This document shows, piece by piece, positions 1-8,205 of a stretch of 16,406 nt of DNA. The DNA is from Candidatus Latescibacterota bacterium (GTDB taxonomy: Bacteria > Latescibacterota > UBA2968). The position numbers were made by a program, and so were the translations under genes. The notes beneath the pieces were generated by a model, which saw nothing but the letters and a program-made list of their open reading frames with translations, was not told the DNA's origin and ran no database searches. The stretch is taken from NCBI GenBank assembly GCA_038279365.1, contig JAYODI010000108.1, positions 1-16,406 of the forward strand, written 5' to 3'. How positions within the stretch are numbered: the stretch's first letter is position 1; each line of letters opens with the position of its first letter.

Positions 1-41
1 GTTGTTGGTGCTGTTGTTGTTGGTGCTGTTGTTGTTGTCGT
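1..41 (-). repeat. 15-bp coding tandem repeat (GTTGTTGTTGGTGCT on +) encoding the TTTAP linker
   Basis: gttgttggtgct gttgttgttggtgct gttgttgttgtcgt; in frame with the minus-strand CDS. Confidence 0.75.
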
Positions 42-542
42 AATGACTGTGCCTAATGTTACGGAGCTGGTCAATGTGAATTTCTCGGTTTTACCAGCAG
101 CACCAAAAGATCCTTCTGTAACGCTAATGATACCACCCGTTCCAACATTGGACGTTGCTTCAAAAATGATTTTGCCCAATGATCCGCTGTCTTGTGTGCT
201 TTGTCCACCCAAAATACCAACGCTTATTCTTACACCATCTGAAGTTTTGGCAGCTGGCAGTGGGAAAGCCGCGGCCATTAAGCCTCCTTTTTGATAGTCT
301 TTGTAAGTAAACTTTTGGCTATCAAATTTTACCACAACCTCAAATCCTGCAATACCTTGGGCTCCTTTTTGAGCAATGAGCTCTATCTCAATGGTGTCAC
401 CTGGTTGAACAGGTTTGGTTCTTATGTTTTGATCGCCTTCTTTGGTATCTAAATCTAAGACAATATTGGCCGATGCTGTTGTTGCCAGCGCCGCTGCCAA
501 TACCAAGGCAAAGAGCATACTATTTCGTATTTTTTTGAACAT
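1..542 (-). CDS. Secreted cohesin-like (beta-sandwich) domain protein with Thr/Pro-rich linker; continues beyond the left edge
   Basis: Absent from the ORF track (no stop in window). ATG at 542-540 with GGAG RBS (552-549). Hand translation: MFKKIRNSMLFALVLAAALATTASA (signal peptide, AxA site) NIVLDLDTKEGDQNIRTKPVQPGDTIEIELIAQKGAQGIAGFEVVVKFDSQKFTY...SGSLGKIIFEA...TTTTTAPTTTAPTT. The GFxxxxxFD and GxLxxIxF patterns are cohesin-like. Confidence 0.8.
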   Translation of the reverse strand, partial: MFKKIRNSMLFALVLAAALATTASANIVLDLDTKEGDQNIRTKPVQPGDTIEIELIAQKGAQGIAGFEVVVKFDSQKFTYKDYQKGGLMAAAFPLPAAKTSDGVRISVGILGGQSTQDSGSLGKIIFEATSNVGTGGIISVTEGSFGAAGKTEKFTLTSSVTLGTVITTTTTAPTTTAPT

Positions 543-680
543 TTTGATCTCCGTTTTTCGTGGTGGAACTGCTTGCTGCCCAAGCTCAATTTATCCCTTA
601 GTTCTGGGGCAGAGATGTTGTGGTTGTAGACTCATATGGTAAATATTGTTTTGAATTTATCACAATGCAACTACAAAAAA

Positions 681-738
681 AGTGATGACAGTCACCAATT
701 TTTAATTTTTTATGATAAAATTGGTGATATACGTCACC
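681..738. promoter_or_regulatory. Two CRP-family-like boxes (GTGA-N6-TCAC) 42 bp apart, upstream of the cohesin-like gene
   Basis: aGTGAtgacagTCACc (681-696) and gGTGAtatacgTCACc (723-738). The second extends to TTGGTGA-N6-TCACCAA (721-740). Confidence 0.55.
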
Positions 739-760
739 AAATGAGCTAAAAAATGAAAAT

Positions 761-800
761 AAAAAAGGCACACAAGATCTCATTTAGATCTCGTGTGCCT
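761..800 (-). terminator. Rho-independent terminator downstream of tRNA-Phe
   Basis: Minus strand AGGCACACGAGATCT-AAATG-AGATCTTGTGTGCCT then TTTTTATTTT: 15-bp stem with one G-U pair, about 20 nt past the tRNA 3' end. Confidence 0.88.
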
Positions 801-821
801 CATTCATAATAACGGGACATA

Positions 822-897
<76 letters not shown>

Positions 898-946
898 AGG
901 CATTTGTCCCGCAGCCAAAAAGAGATAATCTATTTGACAGAGGCCA

Positions 947-975
947 AATTTAACAAAATGAATCAACGGTGTCAA
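947..975 (-). promoter_or_regulatory. sigma70-type promoter for tRNA-Phe
   Basis: Minus strand TTGACA (975-970), 17-nt spacer ending TGT, then TAAATT (952-947); about 50 nt upstream of the tRNA. Confidence 0.7.
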
Positions 976-1329
976 GGTTCTTAATTTCATATGACCAAAT
1001 TTTAAAAAGAGATGGTTTATAAGGTGGCTTTGCTCACACTTATCCAAGGAGTGACCTGTTTGTGTAATGAGCAATTGTTGCGCCAATATTTTGATGTTTA
1101 AGGGCCGCGTTGCTTATGGTTATACTTTTCAACTGCTTATGCTTTTTATAACGCATCTATGGATATTTAAGGTTTTTAAAAATGACCATTTAATATGGCG
1201 CAAATGGTCGCGAAATGGCTGTTGGTAACCTATCGGAATTTATGAATTTATAGATTCGATTTTTCGATGTAAAAAATTTAATAACTCTATTTATTTTAAA
1301 CAGATGTAGGTGAAAATTTGCTCTTATAA

Positions 1330-1348
1330 AATCATTTGACAAATGATT
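1330..1348. promoter_or_regulatory. Perfect 9-1-9 palindrome (candidate operator) over the -35
   Basis: AATCATTTG-A-CAAATGATT. Confidence 0.55.
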
Positions 1349-1364
1349 GGGTGAAAAGTATACT
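1336..1364 (+). promoter_or_regulatory. sigma70-type promoter for the membrane-protein cluster
   Basis: TTGACA (1336-1341), 17 nt, TATACT (1359-1364); about 120 nt upstream of ATG 1484. Confidence 0.78.
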
Positions 1365-1483
1365 CAACTTCCTGTAATTGAGAATTGCCACGCTACAAAC
1401 AAACTATGTAATTAGAGTGTTTTTTTATTTGGTGGTTGCTTAGATTTCCATTTTTTCTATAAACATTTATTTGGTGATGATTC

Positions 1484-3511
1484 ATGGCGCTTGATGTTCG
1501 AAGTGGTGAAGAGGTTGTGGCCGATATCAAACCCGCGGTGACATGGCGTGCTATTGGTTTGGGTTTGTTTTTGGTGATCGCATTAGACGTATTGGCTATA
1601 TATGTGCGCTATGTGTTTCATGGCTCATTGATGACATATAGCCATATTCCTATGGCGATGTTAATGGTGTTGATGGTGATGTTGTTTTCTTTGGCCGTTG
1701 TTGCACGCGCAACGGGTTGGACTTTATCAACAGGCGAGTGGCATGCTATTTTGGCAATGGGGCTTGTTGGGGCCGCATTGCCCTGTTTTGGGCATGTGGG
1801 GTATTTGATTGGTTACATTTCGGCACCGTATTATTTTGCAACAGAAGAAAATGCGTGGGACAAACACCTCCATCCACATTTGCCCAATTGGTTGATCCCG
1901 AGCAATGAGGGAAATGCCATTGCTTGGTATTATGAGGGTTTGCCACGCGGTGCAGAAATCCCGTGGGATGTTTGGGTGTTGCCCCTGTTTTGGTGGATGA
2001 CTGTGATTGTGGCGGCGTTTGTTTTGTTGGCTTGTGTGGCTTCTATTTTTAGAAAACAGTGGGTGCAAAACGAGCGTTTGGTTTTTCCTGCAATGGCTCC
2101 ATTAATTGACATGGCGTCTGAACCTGGAGATGGCAAAGGTTGGTTGCCCGCGTTTACACGCAGTCGGTTGTTTTGGATTGGTTTTGCCATTGCATTTGGT
2201 GTGTTGGCTTGGAATTGCATTAATTATTTTTTACCTGGGTTTCCGCGCTTTCCAATTTATCGCTCTCGGTGGTATTGGATAGATCGTCAGATGCCCCCTA
2301 TTCGTGGTTATTTTGGTATTTTTACTGTTTTCTTTTCTTATTTTGCCAGTTTGGATGTTTTGTTTAGTATTTGGTTTTTCGATTTGTTGTTTATCCTTGA
2401 GGGCGGGTGGCTGAACAAATTGGGCTATAAAGCCATTTCACCTTACTATTATACGGGTGTCTATGCATGGCAAACCAAGGGCGCTTTTTATGTGCTCATT
2501 TTTTCAACCTTTTGGGTGGCGCGAAGGCACTTGAGAGATGTGGTGATGAAGGCTTTGGGTAAAGATGATAGCGTAGATGACAGTGGTGAGTTGATGTCTT
2601 ATCGTGCTGCATGTATTGGGGTATTGGCAAGCATTGCCTATCTGTTTGTTTGGTTGGTACAAATGAACTTTGATCCTTTGCAAGGGTTTTTGTTGTTGGT
2701 TTCGGTTGTGCTTGTGTATGTGGGGATGGCCAAAATATTGGCCGATACGGGGTTGCCTTTTACCAATGTGCCAAGTGGCCCTTGGGGGATGGTTGCCCCA
2801 TTTTTTGGGCGGCGCAATATTTCTATCCCTACAGAGGTTGCTTTTCGCCTGTCGTCTTTGATTACGAGTCACTTTAAGGGTTTGTTTTTACCGGCATTGT
2901 CTCATGCTGGGCGCGTTTCGGAAGGCGTGCCAAGCAATCAACGTCGTCGCCTCATGGGGGCCATTGCGCTGGCATTTATTGTCAGTTGGACAGTGAGTGT
3001 TTGGCTCACGGTCAATTTGGGTTACGAACAAGGTGCCTATAATTTTAACAGTTGGGAAATTACCCGTGCTGCTGAGCGGAGTTTTCAAAGTACGGTTGAA
3101 GCCATCAAAAAGCCCAATGAGCCGCCTTTTTATGAAAAGAATCCAGAAGAGTTGGGCTTTTTTGGTTTGGGTGGCATTTTGATGGCTGGTTTGATTTATA
3201 TGCGATATCGTTTTGTTTGGTGGCCTTTGCATCCTGTTGGAATGGCCATATCTGGATCTTATCTTGCACGAAGAACGAGTTTTACAATTTTTTTGGCCTG
3301 GTTGATCAAATTTATCATGCTCAAAGTGGGTGGTGCAAATGTCTATCGCCAATCGCGCCCATTATTTATTGGCCTTTTGGTGGGATATATTGTGGGTGTT
3401 CTTTTGTCCACGGGGATTGATATGATTTGGTTCCCTGAGCGTGGTCATTCGGTACATCAATATGGCATGTTAATTGAAACAGGTCGTGCAGCAATGGGTG
3501 TGTTTGTTTAA
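1484..3511 (+). CDS. DUF6785/DUF6784-type polytopic membrane protein, OPT-transporter-like (675 aa)
   Basis: Many hydrophobic segments. Motifs W..ERLVFP (2072-2089) and C-terminal WWPLHPVG...W.IK......GG...Y....P.FIGL recognised from this family. Confidence 0.75.
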   Translation: MALDVRSGEEVVADIKPAVTWRAIGLGLFLVIALDVLAIYVRYVFHGSLMTYSHIPMAMLMVLMVMLFSLAVVARATGWTLSTGEWHAILAMGLVGAALPCFGHVGYLIGYISAPYYFATEENAWDKHLHPHLPNWLIPSNEGNAIAWYYEGLPRGAEIPWDVWVLPLFWWMTVIVAAFVLLACVASIFRKQWVQNERLVFPAMAPLIDMASEPGDGKGWLPAFTRSRLFWIGFAIAFGVLAWNCINYFLPGFPRFPIYRSRWYWIDRQMPPIRGYFGIFTVFFSYFASLDVLFSIWFFDLLFILEGGWLNKLGYKAISPYYYTGVYAWQTKGAFYVLIFSTFWVARRHLRDVVMKALGKDDSVDDSGELMSYRAACIGVLASIAYLFVWLVQMNFDPLQGFLLLVSVVLVYVGMAKILADTGLPFTNVPSGPWGMVAPFFGRRNISIPTEVAFRLSSLITSHFKGLFLPALSHAGRVSEGVPSNQRRRLMGAIALAFIVSWTVSVWLTVNLGYEQGAYNFNSWEITRAAERSFQSTVEAIKKPNEPPFYEKNPEELGFFGLGGILMAGLIYMRYRFVWWPLHPVGMAISGSYLARRTSFTIFLAWLIKFIMLKVGGANVYRQSRPLFIGLLVGYIVGVLLSTGIDMIWFPERGHSVHQYGMLIETGRAAMGVFV

Positions 3512-3595
3512 AAACGACCTGCGATTGATTGTTGTTAGAATCTTCTAGAGGAATTCAAGAGTCGTTATCATTAATTGTTTGGAGTGTGAAGACCG

Positions 3596-6500
3596 ATGAA
3601 CGCCCGTCGTCATATAGGAATATTTACACTTGTGGGCCTGGGTGCCATTGTGATGGTACTCATGACGGTTGGTCCGGAGCGTGTTAACCCATTTTTTAGC
3701 GAAATATTGGGTTTGGATGCCCCTGTGCCAGTGGTCGAACCCCCAGTGCCACATGCCGAAGAAGTCAGTTTGCGGGTGATGGATGTGGTCAATGAAGACA
3801 ATGTGCGTGCGTTGATGCATCAATTTACAAAACATGGCTCTCGTGTTGTGGGATACGAGGGGCATGATCAGGCTGCAAAATTTATTGAGTCAGAATTTCA
3901 GCGGTTGGGTTTGGAAGATGTTGAGCGAGAGTCTTATGATGTTGCCACACCCGTAGATAAAGGTGGGCGTCTTACTTTGACAGATACGGGTGAGGCATTT
4001 GATGTGTACGGGATTTGGCCCAATTTGGTCAAAACCTCCACTTTACCCAGCAAGGGCATCTCTGGTCATTTGATATATGGTGATGACGGTGAATTTTCTG
4101 ATTTTGATGGTTTGATTGTAGAAAATTCAATTGTGTTGATGGAATTTAATTCGTGGAATAATTGGTTAAATGCGGCCATGTTGGGGGCAACACAGGTTGT
4201 GTTTATTGAGCCAGACTCCACATTTACGGCACAAGCTGAGCAAAAATTTTTACAAGTGCCAAACAGCGTCGAACGTTTTTGGATTGATCGGGAAAGTGGT
4301 GAAAGACTCAAGCGCATTTTGGCCGAGCGCAAGCAAATAGATGTACACCTGACGGGGCGTATGGACTGGGAAAAGCCCGAGGTGTCCAATGTGTTGGGAT
4401 GGATTCGGGGCACAGACCCTGTTTTGCGTGATAAAATTGTGGTTATTAATGCCTATTACGATGCGATGTCGGTGGTACCAGCATTGGCCCCGGGTGCAGA
4501 AATGGCTTGTGGGATTGTGGGGTTGATGGAACTGGCGTCTTATTTTAGCAAACATCCGCCCAAACACACAGTGTTGTTTTTGGCCTCATCGGGGCACCAC
4601 TTGGGTTTTCGGGGAATTTGTGACTTTTTGGGGCGGCACGCACGCAAAGAAAAGCATTTTGCTGAATTGATGACGGAACCCATCGACATTCCTTTGGTCA
4701 TTTCACTCGATTTGACCAGTCAGACAGATGAAGTGGGTGTTTGGAACAGCACGCGCAATTTTTATTACAAACGGTTTTTTACGCCATTTGGAAAAACGTT
4801 TGTCAGATATGCCCATGCGATTGCACCCTATTTTGGTCTTAGTGCTGATGCGTTGGTGGATGGGATTAATCCCAAAGGGGGTATGAATTGGGATATGTAT
4901 GTGCCAGGTAAAAATCTCAATACCGATGGCGAAGTGATTTTAGAGGCTGGCACCCCTGCCTTGTCACTCATTACTGTGAATGATGCACGGTTTCGGGTGG
5001 ATACGCCTTTAGACAAACCCGAATATGTGAATTATCCAAATTTAACGGGGCAAATTCGCACCATTGCAGGTGTGTTAGATTTGGGATTAAACAGCGCCAA
5101 TTTTATTCCTGATTATCAGCTAGAGCCCGATGACCGCATGCGTGGCCTCAAAGGTTTTGTGCGTACTTTTCCGCGCCGAAGCATTACACCCGATCGGCCT
5201 CGTGCTGGGGCTGTGGCTTCTTTGCGAATGGGCATTGACAAGTCCGTAAAAGGTGTGCGCCGTATTTATTTTGATGTGGCCGATGAAAATGGCGAGTTTT
5301 ATATGCCAGGCATTGCTGAGCGTCGTGTGGATGTGAAGGCCTTTTATTTGGACGATGAAAGTGGCGAAATTACTTATGCTCAAAATTATGGGCGACAGGC
5401 ACGGATTTATGCGGGTGAATTTGATATGGACTGGTGGATATCTAAGCGCACGCTCATTTTATTTCCGTGCATTACCACCGATTTTTATGATACCGTTGAT
5501 CCGCGCTATTTGACCAAGTTGTCGAGTATCAGCGTGTATGGACCCGGAAATACAGCACCCCAAGAATATGGCTATGCCATTGGTTTTGGCCCAGATGAGC
5601 CTGTGGGGACTGTTTTTACCACGCCGGGTGAAAAAATAAAATTGGCCATGCGGTCTGGGTCTATTGGTGTGCGCTATTTGTTGCTCAACGCCAAAGGGGC
5701 AGACAGCGAAGAGATGGCACGAGGAGAAGGGTTTTCCACACTGACGCATGGGGCATTTATTCGCACGTCTTATCAGGCTGCCAAAGATATGTGGACCTTG
5801 AACGAGTCACGCATTAGAGAACTGAAATCCTTTTCAATTGAAAACCAGCGTTTGGATCAATTGCATGCGCAAGCAAAACTGCATCTTGATGAAGCAGAAA
5901 AGGCGATGCAAGAAAATCGGTGGGGTGATTTTGTAAAACATACCCGCGCAGGGATGGGCATTGAATCGCGTGCATATCCCGATGTAAAAGACACACAAAA
6001 TGATGTGGTTCGCGGCATTATTTTCTTTATGATTTTGGTAATTCCGTGTGCTTACTTTATTGAACGTTTGGTGTTTACTTTTTCAGATATTCGGATGCAA
6101 ATTATGGGGTTTGGTGGGGTGTTTTTTGTGATTTGGATGTTTTTATCACAAGTGCATCCTGCATTTGAGTTGTCCAGCCCATTGGTAATTTTGTTGGCGT
6201 TTGTGATTTTTGCTTTGGCTATTTTTGTTATTTCTATTGTGGCGGGCCGTTTTAATGAGAATATTCGTCGATTGCGCAGTGCAGAAGTGTTGTTGCACGA
6301 TACCGATGTGGGGCGTGTAAGTGCATCTGTGGCCGCGTTTCAGTTGGGAATTGCCAATATGAAGCGCCGTAAATTGCGTACGTGGTTGACGTATTTAACA
6401 TTGGTTTTGCTCACATTTACAGTGTTGTCTTTTACATCTATTAAATCTTCATTGCAGTTTCACCAATTGCCCTTAGACACCGAAGGCAAGTACCCTGGCA

Positions 6501-8101
6501 TGCTCATTCGCAGTAAGTTTTGGGGTGCGTTGGAAGAATCGGCATATGATTATGCCCGTGTCAGTTTTAGCGATGTGGGTGTGATTGCGCCTCGCAGTTG
6601 GTATATTACGCGCGATAAAAAGAAAACACCTATTAAAACAGAAGATAAATCTACTATGGTATTGGGTATTTTGGGGGTGGCTCCCGAAGAAGCCCAGGTT
6701 ACGCAAGTGGACACATTGTTGCGTGCTGGGCGTTGGTTTGAACCCAATGAATTTGCGTGTATTTTACCTGGCAAAATGGCTAAATTGTTAGGGGTGACGC
6801 CTGATGATGTGGGCAAAAAACATGTGCGGTTATTTGGCAAGCAACTGAAGGTGATAGGACTGATTGATGCCGCGAAGATGCGTAATCACCCCGATTTGGA
6901 TGGTGAAATATTAAGTCCTGCAGACTTTAAGCTGACAGACGATGAGGCCATATCTCGCATGAGTCAACAAGAGTCGCGAGAAAAACAGGGCTTGGAACAA
7001 CCCGAAGTGGAAGTGATGCCTTTTGAGCATTTGGACCCTGAAGATATTGCCATTGTGCCTTATCAAATATTGCGTGATGTGGGCAGTCCGTTGCAGTCTG
7101 TTGCTGTGCGTTTTCACGATGCCAGTATGGTAGAAAAACATGTAAAAGACTATTTGTCACGTTTGTCGGTGGTTTTGTTTGCTGGTATTCAAAAAGCCGA
7201 TGGCAGTTTGCGTGTGTCTGTTTATAGTTCGTTGGGAAATACGTCATTAAAAGGCCTTGCCAATTTATTTATTCCTATTTTGGTTGCGGCACTTATTGTG
7301 CTCAATACTATGATGGGATCTGTTTATGAGCGTTTTCGAGAAATTGGAATCTATTCATCGGTTGGATTGGCACCTGTACATATTGCATTTTTATTTATTG
7401 CTGAAGCGTGTGTTTATGCGGTGTTGGGTACGGTGTCTGGATACCTGGTTGGGCAGGGGGTGGCCAAAATTTTATTGTGGCAAGGTTGGCTCAGTGGGTT
7501 TACATTAAATTATTCGGCGCTGTCAACGGTGATATCATCGGTGTTGGTGATGGCGGTGGTGATGTTGTCTTCGATTTATCCTGCCCGACAAGCATCTATG
7601 ATGGCCGTTCCCGATGTGACGCGCCGTTGGAAGTTGCCCAACCCCGATGGAGACCATTGGCATTTTGAATTTCCTTTTACGGTTGGTGGAAATGATGTCT
7701 TTGGTTTGTCTGTGTTTTTGGTCGATTATTTTGAATCTCATATGGGCGAGGCTATGGGGACGTTTTATACCAATGGCGCAAAGTTGGGGGCTACCGAGAC
7801 AGAGACGGGGCAGGGGTACACCATTGATACCACAGTTTGGTTGGCGCCTTATGATTTGGGTGTCAGTCAAGATGTGCATTTTGAAGCTGTGCCAGCAGGA
7901 GAGCACAATATTTTTACAATGGCATTGACGATTGATCGCTTAAGTGGTGATGCGGCATCGTGGCGTCGTGTAAATCAAGGGTTTATGAATGTTTTGCGAA
8001 AACAATTTTTGATTTGGCGTACTGTAGAGGCCCCTGATCGGGCAAGATACACTGAAAAAGGCAAAAAGATGTTGGCCGAACGTGAAGCCGAATTGGCCTA
8101 A
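3596..8101 (+). CDS. Giant FtsX/MacB-like permease fused to an N-terminal M28 peptidase-like domain (1501 aa)
   Basis: GGAG RBS. N-terminal TM. M28-like scaffold (GSRVVGYEGHDQAAKFI, NVLGWIRG, VVINAYYD, LMELA, TVLFLASSG). Three TMs at about 6005-6250. MacB-type TM1 (MKRRKLRTWLT) and extracytoplasmic domain. FtsX signature IVLNTMMGSVYERFREIGIYSSVG...FIAEA...IYPARQAS. Confidence 0.85.
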   Translation: MNARRHIGIFTLVGLGAIVMVLMTVGPERVNPFFSEILGLDAPVPVVEPPVPHAEEVSLRVMDVVNEDNVRALMHQFTKHGSRVVGYEGHDQAAKFIESEFQRLGLEDVERESYDVATPVDKGGRLTLTDTGEAFDVYGIWPNLVKTSTLPSKGISGHLIYGDDGEFSDFDGLIVENSIVLMEFNSWNNWLNAAMLGATQVVFIEPDSTFTAQAEQKFLQVPNSVERFWIDRESGERLKRILAERKQIDVHLTGRMDWEKPEVSNVLGWIRGTDPVLRDKIVVINAYYDAMSVVPALAPGAEMACGIVGLMELASYFSKHPPKHTVLFLASSGHHLGFRGICDFLGRHARKEKHFAELMTEPIDIPLVISLDLTSQTDEVGVWNSTRNFYYKRFFTPFGKTFVRYAHAIAPYFGLSADALVDGINPKGGMNWDMYVPGKNLNTDGEVILEAGTPALSLITVNDARFRVDTPLDKPEYVNYPNLTGQIRTIAGVLDLGLNSANFIPDYQLEPDDRMRGLKGFVRTFPRRSITPDRPRAGAVASLRMGIDKSVKGVRRIYFDVADENGEFYMPGIAERRVDVKAFYLDDESGEITYAQNYGRQARIYAGEFDMDWWISKRTLILFPCITTDFYDTVDPRYLTKLSSISVYGPGNTAPQEYGYAIGFGPDEPVGTVFTTPGEKIKLAMRSGSIGVRYLLLNAKGADSEEMARGEGFSTLTHGAFIRTSYQAAKDMWTLNESRIRELKSFSIENQRLDQLHAQAKLHLDEAEKAMQENRWGDFVKHTRAGMGIESRAYPDVKDTQNDVVRGIIFFMILVIPCAYFIERLVFTFSDIRMQIMGFGGVFFVIWMFLSQVHPAFELSSPLVILLAFVIFALAIFVISIVAGRFNENIRRLRSAEVLLHDTDVGRVSASVAAFQLGIANMKRRKLRTWLTYLTLVLLTFTVLSFTSIKSSLQFHQLPLDTEGKYPGMLIRSKFWGALEESAYDYARVSFSDVGVIAPRSWYITRDKKKTPIKTEDKSTMVLGILGVAPEEAQVTQVDTLLRAGRWFEPNEFACILPGKMAKLLGVTPDDVGKKHVRLFGKQLKVIGLIDAAKMRNHPDLDGEILSPADFKLTDDEAISRMSQQESREKQGLEQPEVEVMPFEHLDPEDIAIVPYQILRDVGSPLQSVAVRFHDASMVEKHVKDYLSRLSVVLFAGIQKADGSLRVSVYSSLGNTSLKGLANLFIPILVAALIVLNTMMGSVYERFREIGIYSSVGLAPVHIAFLFIAEACVYAVLGTVSGYLVGQGVAKILLWQGWLSGFTLNYSALSTVISSVLVMAVVMLSSIYPARQASMMAVPDVTRRWKLPNPDGDHWHFEFPFTVGGNDVFGLSVFLVDYFESHMGEAMGTFYTNGAKLGATETETGQGYTIDTTVWLAPYDLGVSQDVHFEAVPAGEHNIFTMALTIDRLSGDAASWRRVNQGFMNVLRKQFLIWRTVEAPDRARYTEKGKKMLAEREAELA

Positions 8102-8205
8102 TGTGGCAAATGTAAGAAAGATGGTGTTTTTTAATAGGGTGTAGATGATGGGTCTACACGGACTTTGGTGACAGTTCTTAGATAGATGGGTGGACGGAAA
8201 GTTCA

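Noticed and set aside
1-41. CRISPR-like or VNTR repeat at the left edge
   Set aside because: No spacers; explained by a coding TTTAP linker.
43-642. Plus-strand ORFs 43-294 and 442-642
   Set aside because: Antisense to the better-supported secreted protein gene, which has an RBS, signal peptide and domain pattern.
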